A DNA stretch of 64,000 nucleotides. Source: Chthoniobacterales bacterium. Lineage in GTDB: Bacteria > Verrucomicrobiota > Verrucomicrobiia > Chthoniobacterales > UBA6821. The first letter of the stretch is position 1. Each line of letters starts with the position of its first letter. The position numbers were made by a program, and so were the translations under genes. The stretch is from the NCBI GenBank assembly GCA_049282095.1, contig JBAPTI010000035.1:11927-75926 (forward strand), written 5' to 3'. Positions 28,528-40,291 of the stretch are shown here, piece by piece. The notes under the pieces are model-generated. The model ran no database searches. It was given only the letters and a program-made list of their open reading frames with translations, and was not told where the DNA came from.

Positions 28528-29918
28528 GCTGGAGGGGCACCCTTCTGCTGCTGATCCTGGCGGGGCTGGCAATCGGCATCCTGCTCTTCACACAGCGCTC
28601 ACGCACCCGATCCCCCGGAGAACCGTTGCTCGGCTTCGATCCGTCGGCGGCCGACCGGATCACAATCATCGAGGGAGTGGGGGGAGCCGGCCGTGTGGAG
28701 ATGGTCAGGCAGGATGAGGTCTGGAAGCTTGTTTCACCCCTTTCCGACCGCGCTGATCAAGGGGCGGCGCAAGCCCTGCTCGACAAGGCCTCCGCAGTGG
28801 CCTCGCTGGATCGACTCAAGCCCGCCGACCTCAAGGGAAACTTGAGCCTCGAAGCGCTAAACCTCAAGCAGCCTCGGAGAAGTGTGACCATCAGGGCGGG
28901 GAAAACCCATACCCTCCTCTTCGGCGCGGATGGGGCCGCCGCGGGACAAATCTACGCGCGGGTGGACTCCGACCCCTCCGTCTATCTGGTGCCCGCCGAG
29001 ACGGCATCCCACGCCTTCCGCCCGGCGGCTGAGTTCCGCGACACGCGCCTCACGCCACTCTCTGCGGACCATCTCGAGGAGATCACCCTTTCAAAAAATG
29101 CGTCAGGGGGATCCCAGCAACTTCAACTTAAAAAGGGCATGAACGGATGGATGATCGAAAGTCCCGTCTCCGCACGCGGCGAGAACGCCGCCGTCGAGGC
29201 CTGGGTGGGTTCGCTACTCGGAGCCAGGATCGTCCGCTGGATGCCGGAGGGAACCGACCCCGCAGCATGCGGACTGGAGCCTCCGGTGGCGACACTCTCC
29301 GCACATGAGGAGGGTGGCGTGCCCATCGTGATCTCAATCGGATCGGAGGCAGGCGACACTCCCGGCAGTCGCTACGCGCGCTGCAACGGCCGCCCCGGAA
29401 TCTGCATCGTCTCCGGAATCTCCCCGGCGCTTGCGGCCACGCCGGCATCCCTGCGTTCCAAAAATCCACGAACAGTTCCGCTCGACGCCATCGACAGGAT
29501 AGAGATCGGCACGGGAGGCCAAGACGGGGGGCGTCCTCGGTTGCTGCTGGCGCGAAAGAAAGGGGGCGATGACTGGCAGGTCGTCGAGGGGGGGGCGGGC
29601 GATCTTTCCGGAACGAAGATCGAAGAATGGCACAGGAGATTGTCATCGCTGAAGGCTTCCGGATTTGAACCCGCGACTCCAGATCGCCTCGCGGCGCGCG
29701 GAATGAATGCCCCGCAACTCACGATCCGCCTGATCGCGCATCTCTCCGAAAACACCGCCGAGGAAAGCGCCGGCGACATGGTGCTCGGAGAGTATGCCTT
29801 CGGCACGGCGTCGGATGGGATGGTCGCCATGCGCGAGGGAGATTCCTCGGACCTGATGCTCCTTCCGGAGAAAGCACTCGAACTAGCCAAAGGTCCGGAA
29901 GGCCATCTTTCAAATTGA
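28524..29918 (+). CDS. DUF4340-like protein
   Basis: N-terminal anchor LLLLILAGLAIGILLF. GTGA overlap with the preceding stop. The usual partner of GldG-like genes, as I recall. Confidence 0.6.
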   Translation: MSWRGTLLLLILAGLAIGILLFTQRSRTRSPGEPLLGFDPSAADRITIIEGVGGAGRVEMVRQDEVWKLVSPLSDRADQGAAQALLDKASAVASLDRLKPADLKGNLSLEALNLKQPRRSVTIRAGKTHTLLFGADGAAAGQIYARVDSDPSVYLVPAETASHAFRPAAEFRDTRLTPLSADHLEEITLSKNASGGSQQLQLKKGMNGWMIESPVSARGENAAVEAWVGSLLGARIVRWMPEGTDPAACGLEPPVATLSAHEEGGVPIVISIGSEAGDTPGSRYARCNGRPGICIVSGISPALAATPASLRSKNPRTVPLDAIDRIEIGTGGQDGGRPRLLLARKKGGDDWQVVEGGAGDLSGTKIEEWHRRLSSLKASGFEPATPDRLAARGMNAPQLTIRLIAHLSENTAEESAGDMVLGEYAFGTASDGMVAMREGDSSDLMLLPEKALELAKGPEGHLSN

Positions 29919-30043
29919 TGAATTGTTGATTGCTGATTGCGATGGCTTGCTTGCAACATCGGCGTTTAACTCTCCGGCCATTTCCTCACTCAAAGATTTT
30001 CGACCTAACAGCCTAATAGTCTAAACCGCCAGAGCCTATTCCC

Positions 30044-32749
<2,706 letters not shown>

Positions 32750-32816
32750 ACCCAACGGGTCTGATTTCCGCTATCCCCTTTATCCCCCATAATTCATCCC
32801 TCTACATTCAGACAAG

Positions 32817-33863
32817 TCACCGATAGCGCATCGCCGCTTTCTTGAGCGCGGCTCCGATGCTGCGCCGCAGAGCGGCCGGCGCGAGCACCTCGGCGCGCGG
32901 TCCCCAGCCCAAGATCCAGGATTCCAGATCAGGAGCCAGCCCGACCTTGAGCGACAACTCCGCGGATCCATCCTTTCTTCTGGTGATCTTCTGGGACGGG
33001 TGCCAGCGCCGTTCTGAAGCCAGGGCTGCGGCGATGGGATCCAGCAGGATCCTGACCTTCTGCGCGTTCTTCGACTCAAAGGCGGAAAAACTCTGCCCGA
33101 GCATGGCATCGAGGGAGAAGTCCTTGGGACGATCGAATCGTCGCTGGAGGTCCTTCGGTCTGGTGATGCGGGCCAGCGCGAAGGTCCTCACCGACTTGCG
33201 GCCGAGATCGAGGCCGATCAGATACCACTGACCGGCGATACATCCCAGATGATAGGGTTGGATGCGGCGTTCGTTCCGTTCACCGTCGCCGGGTTTCCGG
33301 TAGAGGAAGGAAACCTCATGGGAATCCAGGAGGGCGGAGCTGAGGGTCCGGAAGGCATGGAGATCATTGGCGGGAGGACCGGAAGGACGGAAGGAAAGCG
33401 CCTGACTCAGGTCGTGAAGGGAGATCTCCGCGCGCGAGGGAAGTCCTTCGATCAGCTTGGTGAAGGCGGTCCCTATAGCCTTCTCGAAGGGAGTGCCGCG
33501 GTATTGTTCGGCGGCCTTCTGGGCGACCAGCAGGGCCACCACCTCCCCCTCCTGCAGGGAGAGGGAGGGCAATTCCTTCACCTCGCGGGTGTAGCGGAAC
33601 CCGTGATGAACCGTGTCGTAATCAATCGGCAACCGGAGTTGGTCACGCATGAAATCGATGTCCCGCTGCACCGTCTTGTAGGAGACCTCAAAGACCCGCG
33701 AAAGCGCCTGGCAATTGGGAAACTCCCCCATCTGGAGCAACTGATGGATCTGCATGATCCGGTACATCGGGAGACGGGCGGATCGCCCCTCCTGCCCGCC
33801 AGATTGCAGGGCGGGACGTCTGGGGCGGCGTGGAGTGAGTGATGTCCTAGGCATGGGTGACAT
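32817..33863 (-). CDS. HTH + WYL-domain transcriptional regulator
   Basis: N-terminal HTH (ALSRVFEVSYKTVQRDIDFM) and WYL block GQWYLIGLD. Several in-frame ATGs, so the true start may be 33767 (MYRIMQ). Confidence 0.75.
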   Translation of the reverse strand: MSPMPRTSLTPRRPRRPALQSGGQEGRSARLPMYRIMQIHQLLQMGEFPNCQALSRVFEVSYKTVQRDIDFMRDQLRLPIDYDTVHHGFRYTREVKELPSLSLQEGEVVALLVAQKAAEQYRGTPFEKAIGTAFTKLIEGLPSRAEISLHDLSQALSFRPSGPPANDLHAFRTLSSALLDSHEVSFLYRKPGDGERNERRIQPYHLGCIAGQWYLIGLDLGRKSVRTFALARITRPKDLQRRFDRPKDFSLDAMLGQSFSAFESKNAQKVRILLDPIAAALASERRWHPSQKITRRKDGSAELSLKVGLAPDLESWILGWGPRAEVLAPAALRRSIGAALKKAAMRYR

Positions 33864-34149
33864 GATGCGTGAAAGGGTGATACGTTAAAAAGCTAATTCA
33901 CAAGACTTGGGCACCCGCAATGCGGTGCGCTTTTAACGCAGTTACAAGGTTAGAATGTGAAAGGTTAAAAAAGGTGCAGAGGGCCGAGTTCAGTCCTTCA
34001 ACTTTTCAACTTTCGCTCCAACGGGGCGAGCCCATTGGGGGCGACCGGCCCAATTATCTGCCGGTCGTCCCCGACCAGGCATCCTCTCCCACAGGCGTGG
34101 AATCGGACTACCTTCGGTATGATTAAGCCGCCTTCCTAGGCGCCTTTTG

Positions 34150-34213
34150 CCCAACAGCCCAACAGCCCAACAGCCCAACAGCCCAACAGCCCAACAGCCC
34201 AACAGCCCAACAG
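34150..34213. repeat. perfect tandem octamer array (CCCAACAG)x8
   Basis: Eight uninterrupted CCCAACAG units at 34150-34213, ending 3 nt from the stop codon (34217-34219) of the TPR gene. Confidence 0.95.
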
Positions 34214-34216
34214 CCT

Positions 34217-35644
34217 TTAGCTTTTCGCGTAGGAGGACTCCACCTTCGCCGCCACGTCGCGATACCCGTAATCCACTTCGTAGATCTGCTTGAAGCAATC
34301 GAGCGCCTTTTCCCGATCATCCATCGTTTCGTAGACGGTTCCGAGGTTGTAGAGGAGATCCTTCTTCACCGAATCCATGGCAGAAAGTTCGGAAATGGCA
34401 TCGGCAAAGGTCTTGGCCGCCAGATCGTTCATGCTTCGAGACACATAGCACTGGCCAAGCTTGCTCATCGCCTTTAGGCGGACGCTCGGGTTGCTGCGCG
34501 CCCGCTGGAGGTGTCCGATCGCCTCCTGCGGTTGGCCCGCATCCATGAGTGCCACAGCCAGGTCGAAATGGGCAAGCAGGTCTGTGGGATTGCGCTCCAC
34601 GCGCTCACGCGCGTCACTCAGGACAAAATCGGCACGCTGTTTGGCGAGTTCCTCCATCTCCTGCCGGTAGAGGGGAGCGTCCGGATCGTCCGGTGACGCG
34701 GCAAGGAACTCCTCGCGGGCCTTGTAGGCATCGTTGATGCGGCGGAGTTGCAGATCGCTGATCTTGCGCGCGATGGTGGGATCGGCACCCGCAGTCAGCC
34801 CCAGGACATATCGATACCACTCGAGGGCGTTGTCGATGTCCCCTTTCTGCTCGCAGAGTTCGGCAACCTTGCGCGACTTGTCGATGCTGCCCGGTTCGGC
34901 CTGCACGGCGGCGGAGAGTTCGGCGATCTGGTTGTCGATCATCTCCTCGCTCTTGACCACGCGACCCTGCTGCTCGAGGGAAACGGCCTCCTCCTTGTTC
35001 TTGATGAGGTCGCGGTAGCTGTCGGCCACTTCCCAGCCACCCTTCTGGACGGTCATTGCCGCGGAGGCGTCCTTGCTCCCCTTGATGGCCGTGAGGTCGT
35101 TGGGGGAGATGACAAGGATGCGGTTGTAGATCTCGACAGCGCGGGCGGGATCCCGGGGACTTCCGTTCTCATCCTTCTCCATGCAGAAGGAGGCAAACCG
35201 GGAGAGCTGCTGCTTGTCCTTGGGTTGGCCTTCGAGAATGGTCTCGAAAGCATAGAAGGCGAGCTCCTTCATCGGGGGTTGCCACTTGAGGGCGATCTCC
35301 TGAAGCATCGTGTTCGCCTGAGCATTGCGCGGGTCGTCGGCCAGCACTTCCTCAATGGCAACCAGAGCCGCGGAGAGATCATTCTTCTTGAGAAGGGCCG
35401 AGACCTTCATCAGGGCAATCGAGGATCCTCCGCCGAATCCCGAGAAAAACCCCTTCTTTGCGGTCTTGGATTTCTCAACGGCGGCCTTCCGCGCCATCTT
35501 CCTTCCATCCAGAAAATCGGGAAGGGTCTGCAACAGCCCCTGGCAGAGCTGAATGACATAGGGATAGTTCTTCAGCTCCATGGCGCTCATTGCCTTGAGC
35601 CATGTCTGCTTCTGCTGCGGGGAGAGGTCTTTCTGTGTTTTCAA
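34217..35644 (-). CDS. tetratricopeptide-repeat protein
   Basis: Multiple TPR-like A/Y/L-patterned helices through the C-terminal 400 aa. The track ORF to 35899 would overlap the upstream gene; TTG at 35644 or ATG at 35590 is a more plausible start. Confidence 0.6.
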   Translation of the reverse strand: MKTQKDLSPQQKQTWLKAMSAMELKNYPYVIQLCQGLLQTLPDFLDGRKMARKAAVEKSKTAKKGFFSGFGGGSSIALMKVSALLKKNDLSAALVAIEEVLADDPRNAQANTMLQEIALKWQPPMKELAFYAFETILEGQPKDKQQLSRFASFCMEKDENGSPRDPARAVEIYNRILVISPNDLTAIKGSKDASAAMTVQKGGWEVADSYRDLIKNKEEAVSLEQQGRVVKSEEMIDNQIAELSAAVQAEPGSIDKSRKVAELCEQKGDIDNALEWYRYVLGLTAGADPTIARKISDLQLRRINDAYKAREEFLAASPDDPDAPLYRQEMEELAKQRADFVLSDARERVERNPTDLLAHFDLAVALMDAGQPQEAIGHLQRARSNPSVRLKAMSKLGQCYVSRSMNDLAAKTFADAISELSAMDSVKKDLLYNLGTVYETMDDREKALDCFKQIYEVDYGYRDVAAKVESSYAKS

Positions 35645-35691
35645 GGGAGAGCCGCGGACGATACCAGTCCGCTTATGATTCCGCAAGGGTG

Positions 35692-36636
35692 TCAGGATGC
35701 TGCCGGGGCTCCAAAAAACGAGGGAGTGACCGAAAGCGAGGCGGTGAGTGTTTCGCCGGCCCCGATTCTCTGAATTCCCTTTTTCTGATCGAAGGGGACG
35801 GGAGGATTGCCATCGGGCAGTCCCCAGCAGGGTTCGACGCACAGGAACGGATCCCCGTTGCTCCAGAGCGTGAGGAACGGCGCCTCCGCGTAGTCGCACT
35901 CGACGCGCTGGCCGAGCGCCGGAGCCTCCAGCACGAACCGCCGATCCGGCACTCCGGAAAGGTCGAGCAGGAATGATCCCGGAAGGTCTTTCTTGGCAAA
36001 GGGCATCTCGCCGCCGGCAAAAGGGATCTCCATCACGCTTCCATCGAGAAAATCACCGGGCGCCATCTCTCTCACATAGGTGCCTTCGGGGAGAATCATC
36101 CGGGCACTTTCGAGGGAACCGACGGCGAACCCCGGATGCCACCCGAAGCTCAGGGCCACGGCGTGCTCCTCACGGTTTTCAAAGGCGAAGGTCATTGTCA
36201 TTTTTCCCCCGGATACCGCGTAGGTCAGGCGCATCGCCACCTTGTAGGGATAGGCATCGGCGGGGATCTCGGATGGCTCCACGCAATAGGTGATCGTTCC
36301 TGAGGCAAGATCGACCTCAGGAGGCCGGAAGGCATGGCTGCGGATGAAACCGTGGTTGCCGCCCTTGATCACATGCCCCTCGTAGACCGATTCCTGTTTC
36401 CAGAGGCGATGGACGAAGTACCCCATCACCGTGGCATGATTTCCCCAGCCGGACGCGGGCTTGGCGACCTCGCTATCGCGCCAGAGAAATCCTCGCCATG
36501 CACCTTTGTCATCCCTACGGGCCAGACTCACCGGTTCGGCCCCGGTGCGAGCAATGATCAGGCGGATCCCTCGGGAGGTATCCTCAAGCTGATCAAGGGG
36601 ACCGACTTCGGAATCAATGACAAGGTGGGTAAACAT
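35692..36636 (-). CDS. aldose 1-epimerase-family (mutarotase-like) protein
   Basis: 314 aa with SFGWHPGFAV and overall beta-rich pattern typical of the LacX/YeaD group. Family call from memory. Confidence 0.65.
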   Translation of the reverse strand: MFTHLVIDSEVGPLDQLEDTSRGIRLIIARTGAEPVSLARRDDKGAWRGFLWRDSEVAKPASGWGNHATVMGYFVHRLWKQESVYEGHVIKGGNHGFIRSHAFRPPEVDLASGTITYCVEPSEIPADAYPYKVAMRLTYAVSGGKMTMTFAFENREEHAVALSFGWHPGFAVGSLESARMILPEGTYVREMAPGDFLDGSVMEIPFAGGEMPFAKKDLPGSFLLDLSGVPDRRFVLEAPALGQRVECDYAEAPFLTLWSNGDPFLCVEPCWGLPDGNPPVPFDQKKGIQRIGAGETLTASLSVTPSFFGAPAAS

Positions 36637-36690
36637 GGGAAAAGGATGAATGATGGATTATGTATGATGAAGCTTTAAGAAAAACAACCC

Positions 36691-37050
36691 ATGCAACCAG
36701 CACTCCTCCGCGACGAAGACCTTCGGGAGTCCTTTGCACGCTCTTCGGGGCCGGGAGGCCAGCATGTCAACAAGGTATCCACTGCCGTCACCCTGACCCA
36801 TCTTCCGAGCGGCATCTCGGTCACCGTGAGCGACTCACGCAGCCAGAGCATGAACCGAAAGATCGCCCGTGAGCGACTTGCCGAAAAACTGGAGGAACGC
36901 CGTCTGGCCCGCCGACTCCAGGCACGGGCCGCCACGGCAAAAGCCCGCCGTCAAAAAGCCCGCCGCTCCCCGGGCGAGAAACGGAAACTCGTCGAGGGAA
37001 AACGTCGACGCTCGGAGATCAAGAAGGGGCGCGGCAGGGTGAGCGAGTGA
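36691..37050 (+). CDS. arfB: peptidyl-tRNA hydrolase ArfB (RF-1 domain, GGQ) ribosome-rescue factor
   Basis: GPGGQHVNKVSTAV plus a basic C-terminal tail (KARRQKARRSPGEKRK); 119 aa. Confidence 0.8.
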   Translation: MQPALLRDEDLRESFARSSGPGGQHVNKVSTAVTLTHLPSGISVTVSDSRSQSMNRKIARERLAEKLEERRLARRLQARAATAKARRQKARRSPGEKRKLVEGKRRRSEIKKGRGRVSE

Positions 37051-37136
37051 GCGGGTGGTTAAACCCGGAATTTTGCATTGGGAATTTCTGAGATCATAGG
37101 AGGCCGTGTTAAAAGAGTTAAAACGGTGAAATGTTA

Positions 37137-37483
37137 CAACCAAGGCTCTGAAACGAGACCATGGGGTGGTCGAGTTGTAGCCACCGAAGGTGGACCCAAA
37201 GGGTGAGCCTTGCGGAAGCAAGCGAGTACAAAAGAGCCGCGTAAGATCCCGCGAATGCGGGACCCAAAGGGCGCCACCGCTTGCCGACCGCCGAGTGCCT
37301 GGTGGCACGGCGTAGCCTGTCCCACTAATGCCGGGACAGTCCCGAAAGGGACGAACCAAACACCCGGGAGGGTGTGCGGAAGACTGCGACTCTGTCGCTG
37401 CCCTCAGGGTGCCGCGGCTTCCCGGGAGGGAAGCGGCATCAATGCATCGGGAGATGCTGAGGCAAAGGCAAGTGGCGTCAACG
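37137..37483 (+). ncRNA. candidate structured RNA: ~350-nt array of diverged hairpin modules (locus 2)
   Basis: No credible ORF. Perfect stems with GNRA/GAA loops, all on the + strand: 37181-37193, 37209-37222, 37248-37261, 37340-37351, 37361-37374, 37410-37438, 37444-37457; a 7-bp stem at 37317-37339. Best unit 37353-37444 aligns with units at 16785, 41089 and 45799(-). Confidence 0.45.
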
Positions 37484-37692
37484 TGGATCCGGGAGAGCCC
37501 CGACCTGAGATTAGGGAGAGGGATATCAGGGAAAGTGCCCTCAAAAGATGCCTTCATGAATTCAATTCGGCCTCTGACTTCAGCCCGTTGTAACCTTTTA
37601 ACGGTGTAACCCTTTTAACCTTTTTTACCCTTACCTTCTCGCATCCCCCTTTTTCATTTCATCATTCATCAATCATCATTCATCATTTCCCC

Positions 37693-38589
37693 ATGGATCT
37701 TCTCACCTGCGACCTGCCCGGCATCAAGAAACTCCGCAGCGGCAAAGTCCGCGAGGTCTTCGATCTTGGCGAACACCTGCTACTGGTGGCCACCGACCGC
37801 ATCTCGGCCTTCGACTGCATCCTGCCCAACGCCATCCCGGGCAAGGGGGAGGTGCTCAACGGCCTCTCGACATTCTGGTTCCACCGCCTCGACTTCGTCC
37901 CCAACCACATGATCGAGACCGAGGTCTCGGCCTTCCCCGCCGAACTCAAGCCCTACGCCGACATCCTGCGTGGACGCTCGATGATCGCGAAGAAGGCGAA
38001 GCCGCTCCCTGTCGAGTGTGTCGTCCGCGGCTATGTCGCCGGATCCGGTTGGAAGGAATACCAGGAAAGCGGCACCGTTGGCGGTTACGCCGTGCCGGCA
38101 GGACTCAAGCAATGCGACCGTCTTCCCGAAGATCTCTTCACCCCGAGCACCAAGGCCGACGAGGGACATGACGAGCCGATCACCTGGGCCCAGTGCCGTG
38201 CGCTTCTCGGCGACGAAACAGCGCTCCGCGTCCGCGACATGAGCCTTGAGCTCTACCGCCACGGCCGTGCCTATGCCGCCTCCCGCGGCATCATCATCGC
38301 CGACACCAAGTTCGAGTTCGGCATCCACGACGGCGAGATCATCCTAATCGACGAGTGCATGACTCCGGACTCCTCCAGGTTCTGGCCGGCCGACCAATAT
38401 CAACCGGGCGGCAACCCCCCCAGCTTCGACAAGCAGTTCGTACGCGACTGGCTCGAGAACTGCGGCTGGGACAAGCACCCCCCAGCTCCCGAACTCCCGG
38501 CGGACATCGTCGCCAAGACGGCCGAGAAATACCGCGAGGCACTGATCCGCCTCACGGCTTCGGCTCCCTCAACTGCCTCGGCGACCTGA
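37693..38589 (+). CDS. purC: phosphoribosylaminoimidazole-succinocarboxamide synthase
   Basis: KVREVFDLGEHLLLVATDRISAFD, full-length 298 aa. Confidence 0.95.
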   Translation: MDLLTCDLPGIKKLRSGKVREVFDLGEHLLLVATDRISAFDCILPNAIPGKGEVLNGLSTFWFHRLDFVPNHMIETEVSAFPAELKPYADILRGRSMIAKKAKPLPVECVVRGYVAGSGWKEYQESGTVGGYAVPAGLKQCDRLPEDLFTPSTKADEGHDEPITWAQCRALLGDETALRVRDMSLELYRHGRAYAASRGIIIADTKFEFGIHDGEIILIDECMTPDSSRFWPADQYQPGGNPPSFDKQFVRDWLENCGWDKHPPAPELPADIVAKTAEKYREALIRLTASAPSTASAT

Positions 38590-38627
38590 GCCAGCCAACG
38601 CGCCGCTGGACGCCTAAACAACCCGCC

Positions 38628-39515
38628 ATGCAGGGAGACATTGACCTCTTTCTGCTGTTTCTAGCCACCGAGCGCGGACTCTCGGTCAACTACCAACTCT
38701 CCACGCGCTCCTCGCTGGAGGCTTTTCAGAAATGGGCCTCCGGTTGCGGAGTCATGTCGGCGGGAGAGGTGACCCCGGCTCTCCTCTCAGAGTTCCTGAT
38801 CTCCGAAAAAAAGCGGGGCCTTTCCGCCACCTCGATCAAGCTGGAGGCCGTCGCACTGCGGGTCTTCTTTCGGTTTCTGACGGCTCGGAGCCGCATCCCC
38901 TCGGACCCCGCCGAGAAGCTCCCCCTACCCCGCCTGCCCCAGACACTTCCGCAACCGCTTTCCAAGGAAGAGATGGCTAAGCTGGTTGCGGCCCCCGCAG
39001 GCGACACCCCGCTGGAAATCCGCGACCGCGCCCTGCTTGAGCTTCTCTACGCCTGTGGCCTCCGCATCGCCGAGGCCTGCAGCGTGCGGTTGGAAAACCT
39101 CGACGAAGAGGGAGGCGTCATCCGCGTCACCGGGAAGGGAAACAAGACCCGCATGATTCCCGTCGGAAGCGCCGCGCTCGATGCGCTGAAATTCTACCTT
39201 ACCAATGCCCGCCCCAAGCTCGTCTCGGCACGCTCGGGGGCGGCGATCTTTCTGTCGGTGCGGGGTCATCCCCTCACCCCGGCACGCATCTGGCAGCTTG
39301 TCCGCCATTACGCCAAGCAGGCCGGTATTGAGGAAGCGGTCCACCCCCACCAGCTCCGCCACTCCTTCGCGACCCATCTGCTCTCCGGCGGGGCCGACCT
39401 CCGCATCATCCAGGAGATGCTCGGCCACGCCTCCATCGCCACGACGCAGATCTACACCCAGGTGGATCGGAGCCAGTTGAAGTCCATTCACCAAAAATTC
39501 CATCCGAGAGGGTGA
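38628..39515 (+). CDS. xerD: tyrosine recombinase XerD/XerC
   Basis: Catalytic region HQLRHSFATHLL and LGHASIATTQIYT. ATG at 38628 (MQGDIDLFLLFL); the track start at 38355 lies inside purC. Confidence 0.85.
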   Translation: MQGDIDLFLLFLATERGLSVNYQLSTRSSLEAFQKWASGCGVMSAGEVTPALLSEFLISEKKRGLSATSIKLEAVALRVFFRFLTARSRIPSDPAEKLPLPRLPQTLPQPLSKEEMAKLVAAPAGDTPLEIRDRALLELLYACGLRIAEACSVRLENLDEEGGVIRVTGKGNKTRMIPVGSAALDALKFYLTNARPKLVSARSGAAIFLSVRGHPLTPARIWQLVRHYAKQAGIEEAVHPHQLRHSFATHLLSGGADLRIIQEMLGHASIATTQIYTQVDRSQLKSIHQKFHPRG

Positions 39516-39705
39516 GGAAAAATTTTACCATGAAGAACATGAAGCAATCCTTCAGGACCTAGTTCTCTTCTTCATGATCTCCATGAACTCCATGGTAAAT
39601 CTTTACCGCATCCGTAAGTGACCACCCCCAAACAACAGCTTTTTGCATTTCAGTAAGGGTATCATGATTTGCCAGAGAGCGATTATTGATCTATATATTT
39701 TCTGA

Positions 39706-39945
39706 GTGAGAACTACGTATACAGTGACTCAGGCACAGGCTGCCCTTCCCCGCCTTCTCAAACAGGCCAAGACAGATCTTGTGACCGTGACCCGCCGGGA
39801 CGAGCCCGTGGCTTTTCTCGTATCGCGGGAACGGATGGAAGCCTTCGTCGAAACCCTCGAAATCATGGCTGATCCGGCAGCCATGAAGCAGGTGCAGGAT
39901 TACGAGCGAGGGAAGATGAAGTTCCACCCTCTTCCTGAAGAGTGA
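39706..39945 (+). CDS. Phd/YefM-family antitoxin
   Basis: 79 aa, QAQAALPRLLKQAKTDLVTVTRRDEPVAFLVS. GTGA overlap with the downstream toxin. Confidence 0.75.
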   Translation: MRTTYTVTQAQAALPRLLKQAKTDLVTVTRRDEPVAFLVSRERMEAFVETLEIMADPAAMKQVQDYERGKMKFHPLPEE

Positions 39946-40229
39946 GTCCCGTTGTTTCCCTTCAGGTTCTGGAGTTCCTCCAGAACCTACCCCCCGAACC
40001 CAGGCGGGCACTTCGACTTGGAATCAAACGACTCCCCAAACACCTTGGCGACATCCGCCCCCTCGAGGGGAAGTTGCGGGATTATTACCGACTTCGCGTC
40101 GGCAGTTATCGGGTGATCTTCAAGCGACGCATGGAGAAAGGGAATTCATTGGTGGAATGTCTCTATGTGAATCGCCGATCCATCGTGTACGAAGTCTTTG
40201 AAAAACTGGCAGGGCATCCCGAGGCATAA
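39942..40229 (+). CDS. RelE/ParE-family toxin
   Basis: 95 aa, YYRLRVGSYRVIFKR core typical of RelE/ParE. Confidence 0.75.
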   Translation: MSPVVSLQVLEFLQNLPPEPRRALRLGIKRLPKHLGDIRPLEGKLRDYYRLRVGSYRVIFKRRMEKGNSLVECLYVNRRSIVYEVFEKLAGHPEA

Positions 40230-40291
40230 TCCAAAAAAGGCTCCCACCTTTTTGCGTGACAGGGAGGGGATGAAACAGGCTTCCTATTGGG

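Noticed and set aside
34150-34213. CRISPR array
   Set aside because: The units are contiguous 8-mers with no spacers, and no cas genes are present. It is a simple tandem repeat.
37137-37548. Identity as RNase P RNA, a purine/ZTP riboswitch or another known large RNA
   Set aside because: I looked on both strands for the RNase P conserved blocks (GAGGAAAGUCCGGGC and ACAGAACCCGGCUUA) and for ZTP or cobalamin-box-like consensus strings, and found none. AGGGAAAGTGCCC at 37528-37540 is only superficially similar and is in the wrong position. This needs cmscan to be sure.
36835-37557. 240-aa minus-strand ORF spanning the arfB-purC spacer
   Set aside because: It overlaps the arfB 3' end and runs through the hairpin array. 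Its sequence is Pro/Arg/Ser/Gly-rich with no motif, and the same DNA is explained by tandem repeat units that are non-coding at three other loci.
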